Assembly (NCBI RefSeq): GCF_006345805.1
Contig: NC_043001.1
Span: 63,984,001 to 64,048,000, forward strand
Direction of reading: 5' to 3'
Source of the DNA: Octopus sinensis
Taxonomy: Eukaryota
DNA: 64,000 nucleotides
Shown here: one piece after another, positions 50,482-62,800 of the stretch
How positions within the stretch are numbered: position 1 is the first letter of the stretch
How the letters are laid out: every line of letters starts with the position of its first letter
Made by a program: the position numbers and the translations under genes
Notes under the pieces: model-generated
The model's database searches: none
What the model was told of the DNA's origin: nothing
The model's input: only the letters and a program-made list of their open reading frames with translations

Positions 50482-53360
50482 ATGTTAGCTTCATTTCTTT
50501 CAAGCCTACGCTTGTCCTCTGCAGTCACAGCCCATGTTTCTCTACCGTGAAGCATGGCAGTTCATACAATCATGCATCATACAATCTACCTTTCACTCTG
50601 AGCGAGAGTCCCTTTGTCACCAGTAGGGATAGAAGCTTTCTAAACTTTGCCCAGGCTTTTCGTATTCTAGTGGTGACACTCTCTGAGCATCCACCTCCAT
50701 TACTAACTTGATAGCGGAAACTATCAACTACTTTTAGTTTCTCCCTCTGGAGTGTGATGGAATCTGTTTTCTGAGTATCTGTGGTGCTTATTGCCCCTGT
50801 GCATCTGCCGCTCACGACAGCTATCTTCTCGGTTAATTTCCCTCTGATGTTGCTGCACCTCTTATGCGTCCAGAGCTTACACTGGGTACATATTATGGAG
50901 TTTCTACTTACACCTTTTCTACAGATCGAGCAGGGCCACCTACCTGAGGGGGTGTATGATAAGTTCGCCTTCCTACTTACTATAACTTTGGTCTTTGCTT
51001 CATTTACTCTAAGGCCTTTTGATTCTAAACCTAGCTCCCACACCCGAAATTTTTTTTCTAGTTCCAGTAGTGATTCTACTATGAGGGCCAGGTCATCAGC
51101 ATAGAGGAGCTCCCAGGGGCAACTCGTCTTGAATTCCTCTGTTATTGCCTGGAGGACTATGATGAATAAAAGGGGACTGAGGGCTGAACCTTGGTGGACA
51201 CCTACTTCCACCCGGAATTCTTCACTATACTCGTTGCCAATCCTAACCTTACTAACGGCCTCTCTGTATAGGGCCTGCACAGCCCTTATTTACCATTCGT
51301 CAATCTCCAGTTTCCGTATTGCCCACCAGATAAGGGATCGGGGGACCCTGTCAAAGGCTTTCTTCAAGTCCATGAAAGTTAAGTATAGGGGTTTATCTTT
51401 ATCTAGGTATTTCTCCTGCAGTTGTCGAACCAGGAATATGGCATCAGTGGTGCTTCTACTCGGAACAAAACCGAACTGCATTTTATCTAAGCAGACTCTC
51501 TCCCTAATGAGATGGGCTATGACCTTGTCTGTGACCTTCATCACCTGATCCAGCAGTTTGATACCCCTGTAGTTATTTCTATCAAGAGCATCACCTTTAC
51601 CTTTGTAGCAGTTGACTATGGTGCTGCTACGCCAGTCATTGGGTATGACTCCATTATGAACGACCTGGTTTACAATACGGGTGACTAGGCCATAGCCCAC
51701 ACCACCAGATGTTTTAAGCATCTCTGCAGTGATTCCTGATGCACCGGGGGCTTTTCCTGGCTTCATACCCTTAAGGGAGCTGTCTATTAGGATAGCTGGT
51801 CCCTCTACTGGGTCAACATTTGGCAGGCTCTCCTCCTCCCATTTATTCTCCACATTCAGCAGTCTTTCATAATAGCTTCCCCAAACATCTTTCTTTTCAG
51901 AAACATTAAAAGCAAGTGCACCATCATCCATGCAGACGCATTTCTCTCCTGTGACATCTCAATTTTCTCTCACACTGTCTAGCAATCCGAAATACCTCAG
52001 TTCTTTGGTCCTCACGTCGCTGGACATTGGCAAACTTCTTCTTTCCTGCTACGCCCTTGGCTATATATACCTGCCGCCCAGCCTCCCTTCTGACTACCTG
52101 GTACAGTTCCCTGCTACTCCCATCCCTCCAGGTTTTCCAGGCCTGTTTCTTTGCTCTAATGGCTTTGTCTACCATACTATTCCACCACCACGTAACTCTA
52201 GGTCTGGAAGGGACTTTGCGCCATCCGCAGAATTGGTTTGTGGAACTCAGCAAGCTGTCCCGTAGGAATTTCCAGCTACCTTCTACGTCCGACGTCTGTA
52301 GCTCCTCCTCCCTCTCATCAAATTTCTTGATGAGGATGTCCCTAAATCTCTGACCATGTGAAGGGTTCTTTAGCTTCCAAATCCTTCTTTTCTGGATTGG
52401 TCTGCTTCTTGGTATTCTTCTGGCCTCGAGCCTAAAGTCACTAATGATTAGCCTATGCTGGGGGGTACATTCTTCACCCGGGAGGGTCTCTGTATTTAAG
52501 AGCAACCCTGTGTCTCGCTGTCTGGTGAGGATGAAATCAATCTGGCTAGCAGAGTCCCCTGATTGATAGGTCATAAAGTGGCTCTCTGGCTTCCTGAAGT
52601 TAGTGTTGCAGATTAAAAGGTTACATGCATCACAGAATTCCAGTAACCTAGTTCCCTCATCGTTTCGGGTGCCATTACCATGGCCACGGTGTACCCCAGT
52701 GAAGATACCAGATTCTCGCCCAACATGTCCATTAAAGTCTCCAGCCACAAAGATGAGGTCATTGCCACTCATCTTTGAGGTAGCCTGTTGAAGGATGTCA
52801 TAAAAGTGGCCATTCTCATCATTTGGTAGTCCCGTATGTGGAGCGTAGGCAGAGATAATTGTAGCTATGTTGTTCTGTAGGACTAGCCTGAGCTTAAGCA
52901 CTCTATCGCATACCCTGACAACCTCTATGACCGTATCCACCCATTTCTCCGCAAGGAGTATGCCATCACTCCATACACCATCCATGTTACCTTGCCAGAA
53001 GACTTTATACATATGTGCCTTGCCTGTGAGGACGCTAGCTGAAGCACCTCTCCATCTTAGCTCTTGTATGCAGCATAGATCAACCTGTCTCCTTTCAAGC
53101 ATCTCTACTATCTCACTAGACCTAACTTTCAGTGTGCCAACATTGACAGTGCCAACTCTGAAAACTGGGAAGGTAATGTGGGGTGAAGTTTGGGGAGGAA
53201 AGATATTATTCAGCACCTGAAAAGAAGAGGGTTGTTGTGGTGTTTGTTGAATGTTTGAATGTTATCTGACCCGATAACATTCAAACATTCAAGCATGTTA
53301 AGATTGCTGCCCCTACTGGAGGTAGGAGCCGGTGTTAGCAGCGTAGCCGGTATACAATAG
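50482..53360 (-). mobile_element. RTE-clade LINE, 5' end present, 3'-truncated (APE endonuclease + RT + PHD-like insert)
   Basis: ORFs 51924-53216 (VGTVNVGTL, CIQELRW, GDFNGHVG, QIDFIL, QHRL), 51290-51931 (QFGF, DLKKAFDRV) and 50570-51280 (GVHQGSALSP, YADD). Confidence 0.95.
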
Positions 53361-53364
53361 GCAC

Positions 53365-53767
53365 AGGAGTGACTGTGTGGTAAGTAGCGTGCTTACCAAA
53401 CACATGGTTCCGGAATCAGTGACACTGCGTGGCACTTTGGGCAAATGTCTTCTACCTTAGCCTCGGACTGACCATAGCCTTGTGAGCGGATTTGGTAGAC
53501 GGAAACTCGAAGAAGTCTGCTATATATATATATATATGTATGTATGTATTTGTGTGTATATGTTTGTGCATATGTGTTTGTCCCCCTCCATCATCGCTTG
53601 CCAACAGATGTTGGTATGTTTATGTCCCCATAACTTAGCAGTTCGGCAAAAGAGGCCGATATAATAAGTACTAGGCTTACAAAGAATAAGCTCTGGGGTC
53701 GATCTCCTCGACTAAAGGTGGTGCTCCACCATGACCGCAGTCAAATAACTGAAACAAGTAAAAGAGT
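53365..53767 (+). mobile_element. SINE family A, full length
   Basis: Head GGAGTGACTGTGTGGTAAG, tail ...ACTGAAACAAGTAAAAGAGTA. Confidence 0.9.
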
Positions 53768-53808
53768 ATGTATATATATATATACATTTATACATACCTA
53801 TATATATA

Positions 53809-53889
<81 letters not shown>

Positions 53890-53892
<3 letters not shown>

Positions 53893-54815
53893 AGGACGCA
53901 TTAACCACAGATTCATAATCGCAGCATTCGAATTCATCCTACTGAACAACTATTTCATGTTTGATACAGTTTACTATCGTGAAAAATGTGGAATTGCAAT
54001 GGGAACCCAAGCTGGTCCAGTGATTGTAAACCTTGTAATGGGTTACCTAGAGCTTAAGTTATATCAATCATCACTACAAAAATATTACACCTCATTTCAA
54101 TTCTATTTAAAAGAGAACTGGAAGAGGTATTTGGATGATTGCTATGGAAAGACAGCATGGACAAACTCCTTGATTTCAAAATAATGCTTAACAATATTAA
54201 TAGCAACATACAATTCACCATGGAACACAACAGTAAACAACTCCCTTTTCTTGACATCCTAATTAAAATAGTCAATAATCACATCGAAACAGACATCTTT
54301 TATAAACCTACAGATTCTAAACAATACCTATTATTCAACTCATGTCACCCCAAACGCATAAAAATTAATATAATTTGTAATCTAGCGAAAAGAATTCGTA
54401 CCATAGTTTTGGACACCTATACTCGTGAACGAAGACTAATCAAAAGACATTACCCAATATCAGTTATAAATGATGGCATTAAACGAGCTATGGAAATAGA
54501 TATACGAACATTAAGGGACGTCAGCCAAAATACTAAACCAGACTTAAAAATACTCCCGTACATCTCCACACATTTCTAGGGAGAAACAACGAAGCCTTTA
54601 ACATTATCACCCAAAATTTTCCCATCCTCACAAGAGATAAAACAATGAACAAAATTTTAAGCTCATACAAAATTATCAAATGCAATAGGCAACCTAAACC
54701 ACTGAAAAAAATATTAACCAGCGCAAGACTATATCCATTAACAACAGAACCAAAAGCGAAAAAATGTGGTCAACCTAACTGTGGTACATGCCCCCACCTT
54801 TTGGAGGGTTCAGAC
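53890..54815 (+). mobile_element. Penelope-like RT fragment
   Basis: GIAMGTQAGP; WKRYLDDC; LPFLDI; FYKPTDSKQYL; ends KKCGQPNCGTCPHLLEGS. Confidence 0.9.
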
Positions 54816-54819
54816 AAAT

Positions 54820-55410
54820 GATTTGTAAAGAGCCAGCTTCGTATTCTTATTTATATGTTGCTGACAACAAACACGTGACTCTAAGCCACCAAATGCTTTT
54901 GCTGCCCTTTGAATTCGCAGCTGTAATTCTGTATCAAGATTACCACCATTTTGAACAGAGCTTCCAAGGTAGATGAACGAATCGACAACCTCAAGTAACT
55001 TTCCCTTAACGAAAATTTAAGGGGGTTTCAAACAGCACCATACACAGGTTAATGCATTACAACTGATTTTTTTTTTCAAGTTGATGGTCAAGCCAAAATC
55101 ATCAGAAGCTGAGTCAAATGCAGATACAAGAGATTGCAGACCTGTTTCAGGATGTCTGACAAGATCGCAATCGTCAGTATACAAAAGGTCCCAAATGAGT
55201 AAAGAAAAACCTTTGTTTTGAATTTCAGTCTGGTCAGATTAAAAACATTCCCTGTTGTTCGATATTTTATGTAAATACCCTCCTCAGAGTTTTGAAAAGC
55301 ATGTGACAACACAACAGCAAAGTATATTGCAAAGAGGGTGGTTGCATCAAGGTCTCCTTGCTTTACTCCATTTTCCACGGTAAAAGATTCAGAGAGCCTC
55401 CCACTGTAGA
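54820..55410 (-). mobile_element. Old RTE RT fragment
   Basis: ENGVKQGDLDATTLFAIYF...IYIKYRTTGNVFNLTRL. Confidence 0.75.
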
Positions 55411-55429
55411 TTGATATATATATATACGA

Positions 55430-55585
55430 TTGATTTCTTTCAGTTTCTGTCTACAAAATCCACTGGCAAGGCTTTAGTTGGTCTGAGGCTATAGCAGAAG
55501 ACACTTGCCAAGTCACCACACAGTGGGAGTGAACTCAGGACCAAGTGTTTTGGAACCAGGTTTGTTACCACACAGCCACACCTGA
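55430..55585 (-). mobile_element. SINE family A head
   Basis: Diverged match to the family A 5' part. Confidence 0.75.
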
Positions 55586-55667
55586 ACCTATACATATGTG
55601 TGTGTATATGGGTGTATATATGTATGCATGTATATATGTGTATGTATATGTGTACATATTACATATA

Positions 55668-55752
<85 letters not shown>

Positions 55753-55769
55753 TATATGTATATAAATAT

Positions 55770-56665
55770 TACATTATATAATTAGGGCTTAGTAAAATAA
55801 ATTACTTTGCCACATACTGAACTTTCTAGAAATAGCAGCCAAAAAGTTTTTTAGCCATTTCACTACTTTAAGAAAAATTCTCCCAGATAATGTTTACTCT
55901 TAAAGTAGTGGAAATGGCTAAAAAACTTTTTGGCTGCTATTTCTAGAAAGTTCAGTATGTGGCAAAGTAATTTATTTTACTAAGCCCTAATTATATAATG
56001 TAATATTTTGAATACGCCTTAATGGTCCTTTTACATACTGAACACTACTTGGTGAAATTGATTAATAACTAATTAATTTTACCCTTAATTATTGATATTA
56101 TAATTCCTTTCTCCCTGCTCTGTTACTACGGTTCTCACCGTTATAGTATGCTTACTAGATAACTCACGTGGGTGGAAGAGGAAAAAGCGGGAATCTTCGC
56201 TTGTACATTTTGAATTTGCTAGTACTGGCAGTTTGAGGGTGTTTGTCTGAGGTGATACATTGCCGGACGGGTATGTTCATTCTTTTAGTGCTTTCAGATC
56301 CAAAATTAAGAAATGTTGAGCTGACGAAGGAAATGCTGAGTTTTATTTCGGCTAATCTAGAAACGTAACGTTCTCAAATGATCTTTGTACTTGTGATATT
56401 TTACTGTTTTACCTCCATATCTTCGTGAGTTATTTTTGAGTAAACATTATCTGGGAGAATTTTTCTTAAAGTAGTGGAAATGGCTAAAAACTTTTTGGCT
56501 GCTATTTCTTGAAAGTTCAGTATGTGGCAAAGTAATTTATTTTACTAAGCCCTAATTATATAATGTAATATTTTGAATACGCCTTAAATGGTCCTTTTAC
56601 ATAATGAGCACTACTTGGTGAAATTGATTAATAACTAATTAATTTTACCCTCAATTATTGATATA
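55770..56665. repeat. Second hammerhead-containing array: ~130-bp segment plus inverted ~1.35 tandem copies of a ~566-bp unit
   Basis: Related to 10772-12456 (GGGCTTAGTAAAATAAATTACTTTGCC.CATACTGAAC). Unit restarts at ~55900 and ~56466. Confidence 0.85.
56316..56377 (+). ncRNA. Type I hammerhead motif
   Basis: UUGAG-CUGACGA-AGGA..GCUGAG/UUCGGC..UCUA-GAAAC-GUAAC-GUU-CUCAA. Confidence 0.72.
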
Positions 56666-56733
56666 TAGGTATATATACATCTACTCATATACATGTATAC
56701 ATACACAGTTGTATCTATCAATCTATCTTTTTT

Positions 56734-56783
<50 letters not shown>

Positions 56784-57062
56784 GCACACACATAAAACAA
56801 GCCAAGAAGGGTAATGCTGTGTGTTTCATACAATTTCATGGACCAAAATTACTGAATGGATCCTTATGATATTTGAAACTTAGATTCAATGCATAAGGGC
56901 GGGTATAATTCAATATGCTTGGTTTGAATTTCAGATGGCTTAAAGGGGGCAGAACCCCCATGAAAATTCATAAATTTTGAATGTTGATGAAATTTCAACC
57001 ATGGGTAATTGACACACATCAAGAAGTATTCTCAAAATTTCCACTTCACATGAGGATTCTAA

Positions 57063-57860
57063 GAATATCATGGAAGGAACTTTGGGCTTGGGAACAGGCA
57101 AGAACATCCTTCCTGATCAAGTCTACCTTCGACATTCTACCCTCACCGGCGAAGTCCGTTGGAACATAAACAAAACCGATGAGTGTAGATGCGGAGAGAA
57201 AGCGACGGTTAGACATGTTCTGTCAGGTTGCAAACTAGCACTTGAAAGAAATACATGGCGGCATAATCAAGTCCTCGGTGTCATAATCGCAGCACTCAAG
57301 GAGAAGATCGAGAGGTACAATAGGGGAGAGAAAAGTGCAGGAAAGTATACTTCCACAAGGAGGGAAAAGGTTATAAAACCAGGCCTACAAGGAAAGTATA
57401 CGAGATAGACGAAAGATGGAAGGGATACTGGGAGGTGGCCACGGACTTGGAAAGACAAGTAGTATTTCCACTAATAAAAACAACAAAAAGACCGGACTTA
57501 GTGCTATGGAACAGAGACCGGAGAATGGGAATTTTGCTAGAACTGACAGAGCCTTGGGAAGAGAACATCGGCAATGCAGAGGAACGAAAGGAGAAGAGGT
57601 ATGAAAAGCTAATCGAAGAATGCAGAGAACAGGGATGGAATGTCAAATATTATTACCTGGCAATGGGGGCTAGAGGCTTCATTGAAAAGAAAATGACAAC
57701 GCTTTTCAAAAGAAGATTTGTTTTTTCTAGCCCCGAGCTGCGTAAACTAATAAGCAGAGTACAGGAGGCGGTTGAAAAAGCCAGCTTCTATATATGGCTG
57801 AAGCGGGAAGACCGAAAATGGCTTGAAAGTCATAAACACGCCGACGGGAAATAACATCAT
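57063..57860 (+). mobile_element. 3' fragment of a non-LTR retrotransposon with CCHC motif and restriction-like endonuclease (HERO/NeSL-like)
   Basis: SFLIKSTFDILPSPA; CRCGEKATVRHVLSGC; WRHNQVL; RPDLVLW...LELTEPWEE...RKEKRYEKL. Confidence 0.85.
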
Positions 57861-58169
57861 TAGGTGAGACAAGCTGACTGAATCAGCTTCACTGACTGAC
57901 AGATGACGGTCGTTTAGAAAAAGCGCGGGCTAAAACTACGCGCCTTCACTAGTCAGTTAAGGTGAGACAGTGTCACGTGACAACTTGCTAGGGCTGCCTG
58001 CTGGAGCCTGTGCGGCAGGTATTTAAAGGGAGAAATTTGACAAGACAGTCAGTCACCGGCTGACACTCGCTGACGATACATCGAAGAGGCCAGGGAACAG
58101 AAGAAAAAAGAAGAAAGAAGACATGCACCAAACACCAAAGCTGAAGACACCTCCGAAAGGGGGGCCCCG

Positions 58170-58298
58170 CCACGTCAAAACAGTAGAGGAGTAGGGGCCG
58201 AAACCGGACGTGGTTCCTCCTGATGATGTCTTGAGCTAACTGGATCCTATAAAGGAGCTGTTGTGGTAGCAGACCACGAAACACGGTTGTAATTCCCC
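58170..58298 (+). repeat. Retroelement 3'-UTR-like module, also at ~17412-17540 and ~17904-18033
   Basis: CACGTCAAAAC.GTAGAG.AGTAGGGGCCGAAACCGGACGTGGTTCCTCCTGATGATGTC...GAAACACGGTTGTAATTCCCC. Confidence 0.8.
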
Positions 58299-59331
58299 CC
58301 TAATGGGGGCCCTAACTCCCAAATTTTAGTAATTTATTTTATTATCCCAAACTAGGTGAAAAGTACTGAATGGATCTTTACGAAATTTGGAAATTATATT
58401 CAACGCACAAGGACCATAACCCCCATGACAATTCATATATTTTGGCTGTTGAAAAATTTAAACCATAGATATTAGACACAAATGAAGTAATATTTCTAAA
58501 ATTTCATCTTCTTGCAAAGTGTTGAGTAAAGTTATTTAGTTGCAGACCTCCTTTCAGTCTTTTTATTATCACTGGGTCACACGTAGTCCACAGATGGTAA
58601 CATTGATTTCAAGGCCTTCCCAGATGACTGACTGATTATTCAATGGCATTTATAGATTGTAAATTTATTCTGTCCAGTTACCTATTGCTATAGTGGTCAT
58701 TTGCAAACTCCAGAAGTGACACTTTCATTTCTCCTTAACTCTCACGTCACACAGTTGTTAATATTTATTTGAGTTGGGTTATGCCCTTCCAATTGCTATA
58801 GATCCGTAATGCACCTTACAGATATGCCTGGCGCCTGTATGGTGAGGAATTCTACATTGGGAGTGTTAACGACTAGGGTAGGGTAGCTGACTGCTTATTG
58901 TGATCATTCGTCTTTTGGTTTCCTGTAGCTTTGCTCTCTTTTACAAACCCAGTGAACATATATTTCCTATTTCAAAGAAATTCAAACAATAGATATAAGA
59001 ACCAAGTTAAAAAGATTCTCAACAATTCAACTTCTCTTGTTGACATTAAGACACCCACCCCCAATAGTGGCCTTAACTCCCACATTTTAGAGCTCAATGA
59101 CCTCCATTTTTCAGGAGCAAAATCCTTTTAACAGGTTCCATAAGACTGGAATTTTTGGAATCTGTGCATAAAGATCATTAGTATAGGATACATGTGTCAT
59201 GACTAGAATTTTTTTAGGGTGGGTAAAGAGGGAAAGAACTCTCATCCGCAATTTTGATGAAATTCGAATCATAGGTATTCCAGTTAATTTGAGAAAATAT
59301 AACAGACAGGTCTAATTCTTCAAGTGCATGT

Positions 59332-59360
59332 AACACAGGCAACGCCGGGTATCTGCTAGT
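59332..59360 (+). mobile_element. Helitron-type 3' terminus
   Basis: Imperfect GC hairpin CAGGCAACGCCGG followed by CTAG|T. Confidence 0.5.
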
Positions 59361-59729
59361 ATTGTATAAAGAAAAGTAAAAGATATGCAATTAAAAGATA
59401 TAAAATAATATATATATATATAAAATAAAATTATGCATATATACAGATATAAAAAAGAAACATATTCATATTTACAGACATTTTGTTTGGATGGCCTTTG
59501 ACTATTCAGGATTTCATCCGCCCTTTGCGGGTCTTATTTTTCCACCCGCAGGGTTTCCAACAACACCCTCATCACCAAGCAAACCTGGTGGGGTTGCCAG
59601 TTTCGTCGCCTACGACCCGACCATGCAACAGGTTGTACTGGATTACATGTTACTAGTACCACTCAAGAGCGACCTGACATAATATATATTTACACACACA
59701 CACACACGCGCGCGTGCGCGCGCACATAA

Positions 59730-59810
59730 TAATGTTAGGGAGTATAACTCCAAACTTACAGGGTAAAATTCAACTTAGTATTAAATCAAATTTCACAATA
59801 TTTCTTTTTA
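59730..59810. repeat. Short repeat end, inverse of 8305-8378
   Basis: TTAGGGAGTATAACTCCAAACTTACAGGG..AATTCAA is shared. Confidence 0.7.
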
Positions 59811-59814
59811 TTTT

Positions 59815-62800
59815 ATTTTTTAAATTTTATTTAGTTTCAGCTCACAAGCTGTGGCCATGCTGGGGCACCGCCATTTGGTGTTGCTACATGATTTTACTTC
59901 ACGAATGCTTTTTAGCAAATGCCATCTGGTGCATGAGAGAGTTCGATGCAGCTGCCCTCATCTGCACCTCCTGCCGTGAAGTTGGTTCATCTGGGACACC
60001 TGACAAGAAGAGATCCAGTTTCATTTTAAAGATATCTGCATCCACCTCATGCAGGTCTCTTAGGTTCTTCGGGAGGATATTGAAGAGCTGTGGGCCTCGG
60101 AAGCCCAGGCTATCACAGTATCTTGTCCTACATCTTAATGGCAAATTTGGAGTCCTTGGCACTATGCAGTGGCGCCCAGTTCTGGCATTTGTGTAACTCT
60201 CGATGCCAAAGTTTGGGACAAGTTCTTCTAGGATCTTCCAGATGTATATTATGGCATATCTTTCTCGCCTACGCTCTAAGGAATAGAGTCTCAATCTCTT
60301 GAGTCTTTCCCAATAGCTTATATGCTACACAGAGGCTATCTTCTTCGTGTAGCTTCGTTGGATCGCCTCAAGTTCTGTGATTAACTTGACACTGGATGGT
60401 GACCATAGCTGAGAGCAATAGTCAAAGTGGCTTAGGACAAGTGTCCTCCAGAGGACCATCATGGTTTCCTAGTCTCTTGTTCTAAAGGTTCTAAGAATCC
60501 ATCCGGCCAGCCGTCTACATTTCATTGCCAATTTAGCAACTTGCACATGAAATGTTGCATCATCACTCATGTAAATACCCAGGTCTCGCACTGATTGTGC
60601 CTCTGGGATTGCAATCCCTCCAGGTCCAGTGTATTTATTGGGCATTGCATTTAGTTTTGCATGCTGATAGTATAAAGCTTGAAACTTTTCAGCATTGAAC
60701 TGCATGCTATTCTTTTCAGCCAACTTGTATATTTTGTCCAACTCACATTGCAGGTGCTTAGTGTTTTCAGGGTTCTGTATTGCCTGTGAAACTTTTGTAT
60801 CATCTGCATAACTTGTGATCGTGGCTCTCTGCGTGGCTGAGGGTATGTCTGAGAGGGCCATTATGAACAGTAGTGGTCCCAGAACAGTGCCTTGCGGAAC
60901 ACTGCTCACTATTTGCATGTTAATGGAAGTGGCCCCGTTGGCTACTACCACCTGACTTCTATTCTTCAGAAAGTCATGAAGCCATTCTCCCAATTTTCCA
61001 ACTATGCCAAGATCACGCAGTTTGTGACATATTATTCCATGATCGACTTTATCAAAGGCCTTTGCAAAGTCGAGATATATCACTTCCACATTTGAGTGGT
61101 TGAGCAGTCGTTTCAGCACCCAGTCATAGTGTTGTAGGAGTTGAGTAAAGCAGCTTCTTCCTGGTCGGAAACCATGTTGGGTGTCAGACAGCAAGTCATT
61201 CTCTTCAAGGAAGGCGATTCGTTTCCTTCTGACTATTTGTTCCATGACCTTGCTGATGTGTGAGGTCAGAGAGATAGGTCTGTAGTTCTTGGCCTCCGCT
61301 CTGCTACCTCCTTTATGAATAGGGCATATTTTACCTTCCTTCAGTTTTCTTGGAAGTTTGCCAGCTGCAAGGAAGCTCTGAAAGAGGAACTGCAGTGGTC
61401 TTGCTAGGACTCTCTTACATACTTTTAGAAGGATTGCTGGGAATCCATCGGGGCCAGTAGCTGAGTTTGTTTTCATTTCAACTATAGCCTCTATTACATC
61501 GTCTTCCTTTATACTGATGCAATCAATCATCGCTGCCTCTGATTTTATATCTGCAGTGGTTAAGAAGTCAGTTGGATTGCTGACTTGAAAATGCCCTAGG
61601 AGTGGAGTGAAAATACTCTTGAATTGCTCACTTAGTATTTCACTTACCCTCATTGGATTTCCTGTGAGTGTGCCATCCTTTTCAAGGAGTGGCCCTATCC
61701 TACAGTGCACCGTAGCTGTTTCTTTGGCATACCTGTAGAAAGCTCTGGGGTTAGATTTTATGTTGTCTATAGCCCAGGCTTCTTTGTCTGCTCTTTCTTT
61801 TTCATGGGAGAGTTGCAGACATTTTTCAATTTCCAACAGTTTCATTTTCAGGCAGAACTTTTCACTGCTTTCAATCTGTTTGTTTAGGCGATTTGAAACT
61901 TTTGTACGCCGTCCCATTAGAATTTTCCTCTCTCTGTGGATTTTGTTCTTGTGTACAGTGGCCTTTCTCTCTGGGATACATTTGTAGCATATGGCTTGCA
62001 TTACAGACATGAATTGTTGAAGTTTCATGTCGATGTCTGGCGAGGATAGACATTCAGGCCAGTTTTGTTTGAAGATCTCTTTCTCAATTTGTTTCCAGTT
62101 TGCCTTATGGAAGTTCAAGCTGGAAAGATTCTGAGGGTTTCTTGTAGGCTGCATGTCCATGCTTTCCTTTGGCCCGTACATGGTCAGCTCTATCATGTTG
62201 TGATCCGAGAGTAGTGTCGGTGTCACTTTCACATTATGGATGGGATCCATATTATTTGTGAAGCAGAGATCCAGTATGTTACCTGCCCCGGTTGGTTGGA
62301 GTATTACTTGTTCCATGTACAGAGTGTTGATGAGGTTCAGGAGGGACCTCGCCTGTCCTCGTTCACATCGTGTCATTCCTGGGAGACAAAGGCCCTCGGG
62401 CCATCTGACATTGGGTAGATTGAAGTCTCCCATAAGAAGTACACTTATGTGTTGTTCTAATGTGACTAGAACTTCTATTTTTATAAGGCAGTCTTCAAAC
62501 TTGCCTACTTGGGCATCTGGAGGGCGATATGTAGCACATATAACTACACCAAGTTGCCTCATATGTACAATTAGTGTGTCACGCACCGAATTTGAGTATG
62601 ACAAAAGGACCTGGGGTGTGAGGTCCTCACGGGTGTACATAGCAACTCCTCCATGACTCCTTTCTTTTCTGTCGGTATGTGTAATTCCGCATCTGCTATA
62701 TCTGGTTTCAGGTGTGTTTCCGTAAGTGCTATGCATAAGGCTTGATTGCATGCAACAAAGTCTCTCAAGAACGGGATTTTTGTCCTATTACTGAGTGTTA

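Noticed and set aside
50094-50555. 153-aa ORF fusing RTE RT to GIY-YIG as a novel chimeric protein
   Set aside because: Chance in-frame junction of two broken elements with no sign of an intact unit.
53300-53350. HDV-like ribozyme in the RTE 5' UTR
   Set aside because: Only a nested hairpin is visible; could not assign P1.1, P2, P4 or the catalytic C.
60469-62751. 760-aa ORF as a host gene or active LINE
   Set aside because: It is LINE ORF2 with a frameshifted endonuclease N-terminus and a premature stop.
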